A DNA stretch of 64,000 bases, taken from contig CM120643.1 in assembly GCA_051362555.1 (NCBI GenBank), forward strand, positions 11,320,644-11,384,643. The letters run 5' to 3'. Below are positions 1-12,300 of the stretch, piece after piece; position 1 is the stretch's first letter, and the number at the start of each line of letters is the position of its first letter. The notes below the pieces were generated by a model that saw nothing but the letters and a program-made list of their open reading frames with translations, searched no databases and was not told the DNA's origin. This stretch comes from Lingula anatina (lineage: Eukaryota; Animalia; Brachiopoda). Position numbers and translations under genes: made by a program.

Positions 1-94
1 GCTAGAATTGGGGGCCTTGATGAAGTGACCCGGGCGCGTTTCCACATTTTTTATGAATGACAGGTGTGGTAGATTGATTTTCGTCACTTTTTGG

Positions 95-119
95 AAAAAT
101 CGGAGACGGGTCGATTTTT
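95..119. repeat. 8-bp inverted repeat with 9-nt spacer (AAAAATCG-gagacgggt-CGATTTTT), present in most monomers
   Basis: Positions 95-102 are the reverse complement of 112-119. Confidence 0.85.
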
Positions 120-120
120 G

Positions 121-140
121 GTGATTTTGAGTGATTTTGA
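121..140. repeat. Internal 10-bp tandem duplication GTGATTTTGA x2, preceded by a degenerate copy (TCGATTTTTG, 111-120)
   Basis: Read directly at 121-140 and present in nearly all monomers. Confidence 0.9.
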
Positions 141-156
141 ACAGTGCCGGCACTGT
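141..156. repeat. Perfect 16-bp palindrome ACAGTGCCGGCACTGT, one per consensus monomer
   Basis: The sequence equals its own reverse complement, with no spacer. Confidence 0.95.
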
Positions 157-308
157 GAGATTTCTTCAATTTTGGCCAGGTAGGGATGAAAATTTTTTTT
201 CTTCATTATAGTGTCAGGTAGGTGTGTTCGGTCATTTGTAGTAAGAATAAAGTGCTGGAAGAGTGGTGGTGTCAACATTAAGGAAGAAATAGAGCAAAAA
301 CTCTGTCT

Positions 309-319
309 CCCCCCCCCCC
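309..319. repeat. Length-variable poly-C (minus-strand poly-G) tract within a pyrimidine-rich run; the main source of monomer length variation
   Basis: C11 here, C18 at 1402-1419 and 10144-10161, C8 in the unit starting at 43701. Unit spacing equals 352 + tract length wherever checked. Confidence 0.95.
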
Positions 320-363
320 TCTCAGATTCTGTTCTCAGAGCTTATTTTTGGATCATCTTTAAA

Positions 364-3300
364 GCTAGAATTGGGGGCCTTGATGAAGTGACCCGGGCGC
401 GTTTCCACATTTTTTATGAATTACAGGTGTGGTAGATTGATTTTCGTCACTTTTTGGAAAAATCGGAGACGGGTCGATTTTTGGTGATTTTGAGTGATTT
501 TGAACAGTGCCGGCACTGTGAGATTTCTTCAATTTTGGCCAGGTAGGGATGAAAATTTTTTTGCTTCATTATAGTGTCAGGTAGGTGTGTTCGGTCATTT
601 GTAGTAAGAATAAAGTGCTGGAAGAGTGGTGGTGTCAACATTAAGGAAGAAATAGAGCAAAAACTCTGTCTCCCCCCCCCCCCTCTCAGATTCTGTTCTC
701 AGAGCTTATTTTTGGATCATCTTTAAAGCTAGAATTGGGGGCCTTGATGAAGTGACCCGGGCGCGTTTCCACATTTTTTATGAATGACAGGTGTGGTAGA
801 TTGATTTTCGTCACTTTTTGGAAAAATCGGAGACGGGTCGATTTTTGGTGATTTTGAGTGATTTTGAACAGTGCCGGCACTGTGAGATTTCTTCAATTTT
901 GGCCAGGTAGGGATGAAAATTTTTTTGCTTCATTATAGTGTCAGGTAGGTGTGTTCGGTCATTTGTAGTAAGAATAAAGTGCTGGAAGAGTGGTGGTGTC
1001 AACATTAAGGAAGAAATAGAGCAAAAACTCTGTCTCCCCCCCCCCCCCCTCTCAGATTCTGTTCTCAGAGCTTATTTTTGGATCATCTTTAAAGCTAGAA
1101 TTGGGGGCCTTGATGAAGTGACCCGGGCGCGTTTCCACATTTTTTATGAATGACAGGTGTGGTAGATTGATTTTCGTCACTTTTTGGAAAAATCGGAGAC
1201 GGGTCGATTTTTGGTGATTTTGAGTGATTTTGAACAGTGCCGGCACTGTGAGATTTCTTCAATTTTGGCCAGGTAGGGATGAAAATTTTTTTTCTTCATT
1301 ATAGTGTCAGGTAGGTGTGTTCGGTCATTTGTAGTAAGAATAAAGTGCTGGAAGAGTGGTGGTGTCAACATTAAGGAAGAAATAGAGCAAAAACTCTGTC
1401 TCCCCCCCCCCCCCCCCCCTCTCAGATTCTGTTCTCAGAGCTTATTTTTGGATCATCTTTAAAGCTAGAATTGGGGGCCTTGATGAAGTGACCCGGGCGC
1501 GTTTCCACATTTTTTATGAATGACAGGTGTGGTAGATTGATTTTCGTCACTTTTTGGAAAAATCGGAGACGGGTCGATTTTTGGTGATTTTGAGTGATTT
1601 TGAACAGTGCCGGCACTGTGAGATTTCTTCAATTTTGGCCAGGTAGGGATGAAAATTTTTTTTCTTTATTATAGTGTCAGGTAGGTGTGTTCGGTCATTT
1701 GTAGTAAGAATAAAGTGCTGGAAGAGTGGTGGTGTCAACATTAAGGAAGAAATAGAGCAAAAACTCTGTCTCCCCCCCCCCCCTCTCAGATTCTGTTCTC
1801 AGAGCTTATTTTTGGATCATCTTTAAAGCTAGAATTGGGGGCCTTGATGAAGTGACCCGGGCTCGTTTCCACAATTTTTAAGAATGACAGGTGTGGTAGA
1901 TTGATTTTCGTCACTTTTTGGAAAAATCGGAGACGGGTCGATTTTTGGTGATTTTGAGTGATTTTGAACAGTGCCGGCACTGTGAGATTTCTTCAGTTTT
2001 GGCCAGGTAGGGATGAAAATTTTTTTTCTTCATTATAGTGTCAGGTAGGTGTGTTCGTTCATTTGTAGTAAGAATAAAGTGCTGGAAGAGTGGTGGTGTC
2101 AACATTAAGGAAGAAATAGAGCAAAAACTCTGTCTCCCCCCCCCCTCTCAGATTCTGTTCTCAGAGCTTATTTTTGGATCATCTTTAAAGCTAGAATTGG
2201 GGGCCTTGATGAAGTGACCCGGGCGCGTTTCCACATTTTTTATGAATGACAGGTGTGGTAGATTGATTTTCGTCACTTTTTGGAAAAATCGGAGACGGGT
2301 CGATTTTTGGTGATTTTGAGTGATTTTGAACAGTGCCGGCACTGTGAGATTTCTTCAATTTTGGCCAGGTAGGGATGAAAATTTTTTTTCTTCATTATAG
2401 TGTCAGGTAGGTGTGTTCGGTCATTTGTAGTAAGAATAAAGTGCTGGAAGAGTGGTGGTGTCAACATTAAGGAAGAAATAGAGCAAAAACTCTGTCTCCC
2501 CCCCCCCTCTCAGATTCTGTTCTTAGAGCTTATTTTTGGATCATCTTTAAAGCTAGAATTGGGGGCCTTGATGAAGTGACCCGGGCGCGTTTCCACATTT
2601 TTTATGAATGACAGGTGTGGTAGATTGATTTTCGTCACTTTTTGGAAAAATCGGAGACGGGTCGATTTTTGGTGATTTTGAGTGATTTTGAACAGTGCCG
2701 GCACTGTGAGATTTCTTCAATTTTGGCCAGGTAGGGATGAAAATTTTTTTTCTTCATTATAGTGTCAGGTAGGTGTGTTCGGTCATTTGTAGTAAGAATA
2801 AAGTGCTGGAAGAGTGGTGGTGTCAACATTAAGGAAGAAATAGAGCAAAAACTCTGTCTCCCCCCCCCCTCTCAGATTCTGTTCTCAGAGCTTATTTTTG
2901 GATCATCTTTAAAGCTAGAATTGGGGGCCTTGATGAAGTGACCCGGGCGCGTTTCCACATTTTTTATGAATGACAGGTGTGGTAGATTGATTTTCGTCAC
3001 TTTTTGGAAAAATCGGAGACGGGTCGATTTTTGGTGATTTTGAGTGATTTTGAACAGTGCCGGCACTGTGAGATTTCTTCAATTTTGGCCAGGTAGGGAT
3101 GAAAATTTTTTTGCTTCATTATAGTGTCAGGTAGGTGTGTTCGGTCATTTGTAGTAAGAATAAAGTGCTGGAAGAGTGGTGGTGTCAACATTAAGGAAGA
3201 AATAGAGCAAAAACTCTGTCTCCCCCCCCCCTCTCAGATTCTGTTCTCAGAGCTTATTTTTGGATCATCTTTAAAGCTAGAATTGGGGGCCTTGATGAAG

Positions 3301-6300
3301 TGACCCGGGCGCGTTTCCACATTTTTTATGAATGACAGGTGTGGTAGATTGATTTTCGTCACTTTTTGGAAAAATCGGAGACGGGTCGATTTTTGGTGAT
3401 TTTGAGTGATTTTGAACAGTGCCGGCACTGTGAGATTTCTTCAATTTTGGCCAGGTAGGGATGAAAATTTTTTTGCTTCATTATAGTGTCAGGTAGGTGT
3501 GTTCGGTCATTTGTAGTAAGAATAAAGTGCTGGAAGAGTGGTGGTGTCAACATTAAGGAAGAAATAGAGCAAAAACTCTGTCTCCCCCCCCCTCTCAGAT
3601 TCTGTTCTTAGAGCTTATTTTTGGATCATCTTTAAAGCTAGAATTGGGGGCCTTGATGAAGTGACCCGGGCGCGTTTCCACATTTTTTATGAATGACAGG
3701 TGTGGTAGATTGATTTTCGTCACTTTTTGGAAAAATCGGAGACGGGTCGATTTTTGGTGATTTTGAGTGATTTTGAACAGTGCCGGCACTGTGAGATTTC
3801 TTCAATTTTGGCCAGGTAGGGATGAAAATTTTTTTTCTTCATTATAGTGTCAGGTAGGTGTGTTCGGTCATTTGTAGTAAGAATAAAGTGCTGGAAGAGT
3901 GGTGGTGTCAACATTAAGGAAGAAATAGAGCAAAAACTCTGTCTCCCCCCCCCCCCCCCCCTCTCAGATTCTGTTCTCAGAGCTTATTTTTGGATCATCT
4001 TTAAAGCTAGAATTGGGGGCCTTGATGAAGTGACCCGGGCGCGTTTCCACATTTTTTATGAATGACAGGTGTGGTAGATTGATTTTCGTCACTTTTTGGA
4101 AAAATCGGAGACGGGTCGATTTTTGGTGATTTTGAGTGATTTTGAACAGTGCCGGCACTGTGAGATTTCTTCAATTTTGGCCAGGTAGGGATGAAAATTT
4201 TTTTGCTTCATTATAGTGTCAGGTAGGTGTGTTCGGTCATTTGTAGTAAGAATAAAGTGCTGGAAGAGTGGTGGTGTCAACATTAAGGAAGAAATAGAGC
4301 AAAAACTCTGTCTCCCCCCCCCCCCCCTCTCAGATTCTGTTCTCAGAGCTTATTTTTGGATCATCTTTAAAGCTAGAATTGGGGGCCTTGATGAAGTGAC
4401 CCGGGCGCGTTTCCACATTTTTTATGAATGACAGGTGTGGTAGATTGATTTTCGTCACTTTTTGGAAAAATCCGAGACGGGTCGATTTTTGGTGATTTTG
4501 AGTGATTTTGAACAGTGCCGGCACTGTGAGATTTCTTCAATTTTGGCCAGGTAGGGATGAAAATTTTTTTGCTTCATTATAGTGTCAGGTAGGTGTGTTC
4601 GGTCATTTGTAGTAAGAATAAAGTGCTGGAAGAGTGGTGGTGTCAACATTAAGGAAGAAATAGAGCAAAAACTCTGTCTCCCCCCCCCCCTCTCAGATTC
4701 TGTTCTCAGAGCTTATTTTTGGATCATCTTTAAAGCTAGAATTGGGGGCCTTGATGAAGTGACCCGGGCGCGTTTCCACATTTTTTATGAATGACAGGTG
4801 TGGTAGATTGATTTTCGTCACTTTTTGGAAAAATCCGAGACGGGTCGATTTTTGGTGATTTTGAGTGATTTTGAACAGTGCCGGCACTGTGAGATTTCTT
4901 CAATTTTGGCCAGGTAGGGATGAAAATTTTTTTTCTTCATTATAGTGTCAGGTAGGTGTGTTCGGTCATTTGTAGTAAGAATAAAGTGCTGGAAGAGTGG
5001 TGGTGTCAACATTAAGGAAGAAATAGAGCAAAAACTCTGTCTCCCCCCCCCCCCCCCTCTCAGATTCTGTTCTCAGAGCTTATTTTTGGATCATCTTTAA
5101 AGCTAGAATTGGGGGCCTTGATGAAGTGACCCGGGCGCGTTTCCACATTTTTTATGAATGACAGGTGTGGTAGATTGATTTTCGTCACTTTTTGGAAAAA
5201 TCGGAGACGGGTCGATTTTTGGTGATTTTGAGTGATTTTGAACAGTGCCGGCACTGTGAGATTTCTTCAATTTTGGCCAGGTAGGGATGAAAATTTTTTT
5301 TCTTCATTATAGTGTCAGGTAGGTGTGTTCGGTCATTTGTAGTAAGAATAAAGTGCTGGAAGAGTGGTGGTGTCAACATTAAGGAAGAAATAGAGCAAAA
5401 ACTCTGTCTCCCCCCCCCCCCTCTCAGATTCTGTTCTCAGAGCTTATTTTTGGATCATCTTTAAAGCTAGAATTGGGGGCCTTGATGAAGTGACCCGGGC
5501 GCGTTTCCACATTTTTTATGAATGACAGGTGTGGTAGATTGATTTTCGTCACTTTTTGGAAAAATCGGAGACGGGTCGATTTTTGGTGATTTTGAGTGAT
5601 TTTGAACAGTGCCGGCACTGTGAGATTTCTTCAATTTTGGCCAGGTAGGGATGAAAATTTTTTTTCTTTATTATAGTGTCAGGTAGGTGTGTTCGGTCAT
5701 TTGTAGTAAGAATAAAGTGCTGGAAGAGTGGTGGTGTCAACATTAAGGAAGAAATAGAGCAAAAACTCTGTCTCCCCCCCCCCCCCCTATCAGATTCTGT
5801 TCTCAGAGCTTATTTTTGGATCATCTTTAAAGCTAGAATTGGGGGCCTTGATGAAGTGACCCGGGCGCGTTTCCACATTTTTTATGAATGACAGGTGTGG
5901 TAGATTGATTTTCGTCACTTTTTGGAAAAATCGGATACGGGTCGATTTTTGGTGATTTTGAGTGATTTTGAACAGTGCCGGCACTGTGAGATTTCTTCAA
6001 TTTTGGCCAGGTAGGGATGAAAATTTTTTTTCTTCATTATAGTGTCAGGTAGGTGTGTTCGGTCATTTGTAGTAAGAATAAAGTGCTGGAAGAGTGGTGG
6101 TGTCAACATTAAGGAAGAAATAGAGCAAAAATTCTGTCTCCCCCCCCCCCCCTCTCAGATTCTGTTCTCAGAGCTTATTTTTGGATCATCTTTAAAGCTA
6201 GAATTGGGGGCCTTGATGAAGTGACCCGGGCGCGTTTCCACATTTTTTATGAATGACAGGTGTGGTAGATTGATTTTCGTCACTTTTTGGAAAAATCGGA

Positions 6301-9300
6301 GACGGGTCGATTTTTGGTGATTTTGAGTGATTTTGAACAGTGCCGGCACTGTGAGATTTCTTCAATTTTGGCCAGGTAGGGATGAAAATTTTTTTTCTTC
6401 ATTATAGTGTCAGGTAGGTGTGTTCGGTCATTTGTAGTAAGAATAAAGTGCTGGAAGAGTGGTGGTGTCAACATTAAGGAAGAAATAGAGCAAAAACTCT
6501 GTCTCCCCCCCCCCCCTCTCAGATTCTGTTCTCAGAGCTTATTTTTGGATCATCTTTAAAGCTAGAATTGGGGGCCTTGATGAAGTGACCCGGGCTCGTT
6601 TCCACAATTTTTAAGAATGACAGGTGTGGTAGATTGATTTTCGTCACTTTTTGGAAAAATCGGAGACGGGTCGATTTTTGGTGATTTTGAGTGATTTTGA
6701 ACAGTGCCGGCACTGTGAGATTTCTTCAATTTTGGCCAGGTAGGGATGAAAATTTTTTTGCTTCATTATAGTGTCAGGTAGGTGTGTTCGGTCATTTGTA
6801 GTAAGAATAAAGTGCTGGAAGAGTGGTGGTGTCAACATTAAGGAAGAAATAGAGCAAAAACTCTGTCTCCCCCCCCCCCCCTCTCAGATTCTGTTCTCAG
6901 AGCTTATTTTTGGATCATCTTTAAAGCTAGAATTGGGGGCCTTGATGAAGTGACCCGGGCGCGTTTCCACATTTTTTATGAATGACAGGTGTGGTAGATT
7001 GATTTTCGTCACTTTTTGGAAAAATCGGAGACGGGTCGATTTTTGGTGATTTTGAGTGATTTTGAACAGTGCCGGCACTGTGAGATTTCTTCAATTTTGG
7101 CCAGGTAGGGATGAAAATTTTTTTGCTTCATTATAGTGTCAGGTAGGTGTGTTCGGTCATTTGTAGTAAGAATAAAGTGCTGGAAGAGTGGTGGTGTCAA
7201 CATTAAGGAAGAAATAGAGCAAAAACTCTGTCTCCCCCCCCCCCCCTCTCAGATTCTGTTCTCAGAGCTTATTTTTGGATCATCTTTAAAGCTAGAATTG
7301 GGGGCCTTGATGAAGTGACCCGGGCGCGTTTCCACATTTTTTATGAATGACAGGTGTGGTAGATTGATTTTCGTCACTTTTTGGAAAAATCGGAGACGGG
7401 TCGATTTTTGGTGATTTTGAGTGATTTTGAACAGTGCCGGCACTGTGAGATTTCTTCAATTTTGGCCAGGTAGGGATGAAAATTTTTTTTCTTCATTATA
7501 GTGTCAGGTAGGTGTGTTCGGTCATTTGTAGTAAGAATAAAGTGCTGGAAGAGTGGTGGTGTCAACATTAAGGAAGAAATAGAGCAAAAACTCTGTCTCC
7601 CCCCCCCCCCCCCCTCTCAGATTCTGTTCTCAGAGCTTATTTTTGGATCATCTTTAAAGCTAGAATTGGGGGCCTTGATGAAGTGACCCGGGCGCGTTTC
7701 CACATTTTTTATGAATGACAGGTGTGGTAGATTGATTTTCGTCACTTTTTGGAAAAATCGGAGACGGGTCGATTTTTGGTGATTTTGAGTGATTTTGAAC
7801 AGTGCCGGCACTGTGAGATTTCTTCAATTTTGGCCAGGTAGGGATGAAAATTTTTTTTCTTTATTATAGTGTCAGGTAGGTGTGTTCGGTCATTTGTAGT
7901 AAGAATAAAGTGCTGGAAGAGTGGTGGTGTCAACATTAAGGAAGAAATAGAGCAAAAACTCTGTCTCCCCCCCCCCCTCTCAGATTCTGTTCTCAGAGCT
8001 TATTTTTGGATCATCTTTAAAGCTAGAATTGGGGGCCTTGATGAAGTGACCCGGGCTCGTTTCCACAATTTTTAAGAATGACAGGTGTGGTAGATTGATT
8101 TTCGTCACTTTTTGGAAAAATCGGAGACGGGTCGATTTTTGGTGATTTTGAGTGATTTTGAACAGTGCCGGCACTGTGAGATTTCTTCAGTTTTGGCCAG
8201 GTAGGGATGAAAATTTTTTTTCTTCATTATAGTGTCAGGTAGGTGTGTTCGTTCATTTGTAGTAAGAATAAAGTGCTGGAAGAGTGGTGGTGTCAACATT
8301 AAGGAAGAAATAGAGCAAAAACTCTGTCTCCCCCCCCCCCCTCTCAGATTCTGTTCTCAGAGCTTATTTTTGGATCATCTTTAAAGCTAGAATTGGGGGC
8401 CTTGATGAAGTGACCCGGGCGCGTTTCCACATTTTTTATGAATGACAGGTGTGGTAGATTGATTTTCGTCACTTTTTGGAAAAATCGGAGACGGGTCGAT
8501 TTTTGGTGATTTTGAGTGATTTTGAACAGTGCCGGCACTGTGAGATTTCTTCAATTTTGGCCAGGTAGGGATGAAAATTTTTTTTCTTCATTATAGTGTC
8601 AGGTAGGTGTGTTCGGTCATTTGTAGTAAGAATAAAGTGCTGGAAGAGTGGTGGTGTCAACATTAAGGAAGAAATAGAGCAAAAACTCTGTCTCCCCCCC
8701 CCCTCTCAGATTCTGTTCTTAGAGCTTATTTTTGGATCATCTTTAAAGCTAGAATTGGGGGCCTTGATGAAGTGACCCGGGCGCGTTTCCACATTTTTTA
8801 TGAATGACAGGTGTGGTAGATTGATTTTCGTCACTTTTTGGAAAAATCGGAGACGGGTCGATTTTTGGTTATTTTGAGTGATTTTGAACAGTGCCGGCAC
8901 TGTGAGATTTCTTCAATTTTGGCCAGGTAGGGATGAAAATTTTTTTTCTTCATTATAGTGTCAGGTAGGTGTGTTCGGTCATTTGTAGTAAGAATAAAGT
9001 GCTGGAAGAGTGGTGGTGTCAACATTAAGGAAGAAATAGAGCAAAAACTCTGTCTCCCCCCCCCCTCTCAGATTCTGTTCTCAGAGCTTATTTTTGGATC
9101 ATCTTTAAAGCTAGAATTGGGGGCCTTGATGAAGTGACCCGGGCGCGTTTCCACATTTTTTATGAATGACAGGTGTGGTAGATTGATTTTCGTCACTTTT
9201 TGGAAAAATCGGAGACGGGTCGATTTTTGGTGATTTTGAGTGATTTTGAACAGTGCCGGCACTGTGAGATTTCTTCAATTTTGGCCAGGTAGGGATGAAA

Positions 9301-12300
9301 ATTTTTTTGCTTCATTATAGTGTCAGGTAGGTGTGTTCGGTCATTTGTAGTAAGAATAAAGTGCTGGAAGAGTGGTGGTGTCAACATTAAGGAAGAAATA
9401 GAGCAAAAACTCTGTCTCCCCCCCCCCCTCTCAGATTCTGTTCTCAGAGCTTATTTTTGGATCATCTTTAAAGCTAGAATTGGGGGCCTTGATGAAGTGA
9501 CCCGGGCGCGTTTCCACATTTTTTATGAATGACAGGTGTGGTAGATTGATTTTCGTCACTTTTTGGAAAAATCCGAGACGGGTCGATTTTTGGTGATTTT
9601 GAGTGATTTTGAACAGTGCCGGCACTGTGAGATTTCTTCAATTTTGGCCAGGTAGGGATGAAAATTTTTTTGCTTCATTATAGTGTCAGGTAGGTGTGTT
9701 CGGTCATTTGTAGTAAGAATAAAGTGCTGGAAGAGTGGTGGTGTCAACATTAAGGAAGAAATAGAGCAAAAACTCTGTCTCCCCCCCCCCCTCTCAGATT
9801 CTGTTCTCAGAGCTTATTTTTGGATCATCTTTAAAGCTAGAATTGGGGGCCTTGATGAAGTGACCCGGGCGCGTTTCCACATTTTTTATGAATGACAGGT
9901 GTGGTAGATTGATTTTCGTCACTTTTTGGAAAAATCCGAGACGGGTCGATTTTTGGTGATTTTGAGTGATTTTGAACAGTGCCGGCACTGTGAGATTTCT
10001 TCAATTTTGGCCAGGTAGGGATGAAAATTTTTTTTCTTCATTATAGTGTCAGGTAGGTGTGTTCGGTCATTTGTAGTAAGAATAAAGTGCTGGAAGAGTG
10101 GTGGTGTCAACATTAAGGAAGAAATAGAGCAAAAACTCTGTCTCCCCCCCCCCCCCCCCCCTCTCAGATTCTGTTCTCAGAGCTTATTTTTGGATCATCT
10201 TTAAAGCTAGAATTGGGGGCCTTGATGAAGTGACCCGGGCGCGTTTCCACATTTTTTATGAATGACAGGTGTGGTAGATTGATTTTCGTCACTTTTTGGA
10301 AAAATCGGAGACGGGTCGATTTTTGGTGATTTTGAGTGATTTTGAACAGTGCCGGCACTGTGAGATTTCTTCAATTTTGGCCAGGTAGGGATGAAAATTT
10401 TTTTTCTTCATTATAGTGTCAGGTAGGTGTGTTCGGTCATTTGTAGTAAGAATAAAGTGCTGGAAGAGTGGTGGTGTCAACATTAAGGAAGAAATAGAGC
10501 AAAAACTCTGTCTCCCCCCCCCCCCCCCCCTCTCAGATTCTGTTCTCAGAGCTTATTTTTGGATCATCTTTAAAGCTAGAATTGGGGGCCTTGATGAAGT
10601 GACCCGGGCGCGTTTCCACATTTTTTATGAATGACAGGTGTGGTAGATTGATTTTCGTCACTTTTTGGAAAAATCGGAGACGGGTCGATTTTTGGTGATT
10701 TTGAGTGATTTTGAACAGTGCCGGCACTGTGAGATTTCTTCAATTTTGGCCAGGTAGGGATGAAAATTTTTTTTCTTTATTATAGTGTCAGGTAGGTGTG
10801 TTCGGTCATTTGTAGTAAGAATAAAGTGCTGGAAGAGTGGTGGTGTCAACATTAAGGAAGAAATAGAGCAAAAACTCTGTCTCCCCCCCCCCCCCCCTCT
10901 CAGATTCTGTTCTCAGAGCTTATTTTTGGATCATCTTTAAAGCTAGAATTGGGGGCCTTGATGAAGTGACCCGGGCGCGTTTCCACATTTTTTATGAATG
11001 ACAGGTGTGGTAGATTGATTTTCGTCACTTTTTGGAAAAATCGGAGACGGGTCGATTTTTGGTGATTTTGAGTGATTTTGAACAGTGCCGGCACTGTGAG
11101 ATTTCTTCAATTTTGGCCAGGTAGGGATGAAAATTTTTTTTCTTCATTATAGTGTCAGGTAGGTGTGTTCGGTCATTTGTAGTAAGAATAAAGTGCTGGA
11201 AGAGTGGTGGTGTCAACATTAAGGAAGAAATAGAGCAAAAATTCTGTCTCCCCCCCCCCCCCTCTCAGATTCTGTTCTCAGAGCTTATTTTTGGATCATC
11301 TTTAAAGCTAGAATTGGGGGCCTTGATGAAGTGACCCGGGCGCGTTTCCACATTTTTTATGAATGACAGGTGTGGTAGATTGATTTTCGTCACTTTTTGG
11401 AAAAATCGGAGACGGGTCGATTTTTGGTGATTTTGAGTGATTTTGAACAGTGCCGGCACTGTGAGATTTCTTCAATTTTGGCCAGGTAGGGATGAAAATT
11501 TTTTTTCTTCATTATAGTGTCAGGTAGGTTTGTTCGGTCATTTGTAGTAAGAATAAAGTGCTGGAAGAGTGGTGGTGTCAACATTAAGGAAGAAATAGAG
11601 CAAAAACTCTGTCTCCCCCCCCCCCTCTCAGATTCTGTTCTCAGAGCTTATTTTTGGATCATCTTTAAAGCTAGAATTGGGGGCCTTGATGAAGTGACCC
11701 GGGCTCGTTTCCACAATTTTTAAGAATGACAGGTGTGGTAGATTGATTTTCGTCACTTTTTGGAAAAATCGGAGACGGGTCGATTTTTGGTGATTTTGAG
11801 TGATTTTGAACAGTGCCGGCACTGTGAGATTTCTTCAATTTTGGCCAGGTAGGGATGAAAATTTTTTTTCTTCATTATAGTGTCAGGTAGGTGTGTTCGG
11901 TCATTTGTAGTAAGAATAAAGTGCTGGAAGAGTGGTGGTGTCAACATTAAGGAAGAAATAGAGCAAAAACTCTGTCTCCCCCCCCCCTCTCAGATTCTGT
12001 TCTCAGAGCTTATTTTTGGATCATCTTTAAAGCTAGAATTGGGGGCCTTGATGAAGTGACCCGGGCGCGTTTCCACATTTTTTATGAATGACAGGTGTGG
12101 TAGATTGATTTTCGTCACTTTTTGGAAAAATCGGAGACGGGTCGATTTTTGGTGATTTTGAGTGATTTTGAACAGTGCCGGCACTGTGAGATTTCTTCAA
12201 TTTTGGCCAGGTAGGGATGAAAATTTTTTTTCTTCATTATAGTGTCAGGTAGGTGTGTTCGGTCATTTGTAGTAAGAATAAAGTGCTGGAAGAGTGGTGG

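Larger units (their letters stand above)
1..363. repeat. Representative consensus-like monomer (arbitrary phase)
   Basis: The next copy starts at 364. Hand count gives 151 G+C in 363 nt and 9 CpG, 8 of them within positions 31-149. One CCCGGG (SmaI) site occurs per consensus unit. Confidence 0.97.

Noticed and set aside
141-175. Helitron 3' terminus or bacterial intrinsic terminator
   Set aside because: No CTRR lies ~10-12 nt after the palindrome on either strand, there is no loop or immediately adjacent U-tract, and there is no upstream gene.
168-183. Resemblance of ATTTTGGCCAGGTA to the dinoflagellate spliced leader end (CCATTTTGGCTCAAG|GT)
   Set aside because: Only ~8 contiguous bases match, and the 5' CCGTAGCC part is absent.
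180-185. Telomere-like GTAGGG
   Set aside because: It is a single degenerate hexamer per unit with no tandem telomeric repeats.
29-240. CENP-B box
   Set aside because: TTCG (80, 227) and CGGG/CCCG (29-34, 107) occur, but not with the TTCGnnnnAnnCGGG spacing on either strand.
1-363. 5S rDNA, tRNA or snRNA tandem unit
   Set aside because: The unit size is compatible with a 5S array, but I find no 5S coding sequence, tRNA cloverleaf or recognisable U snRNA on either strand. An Rfam scan would be definitive.
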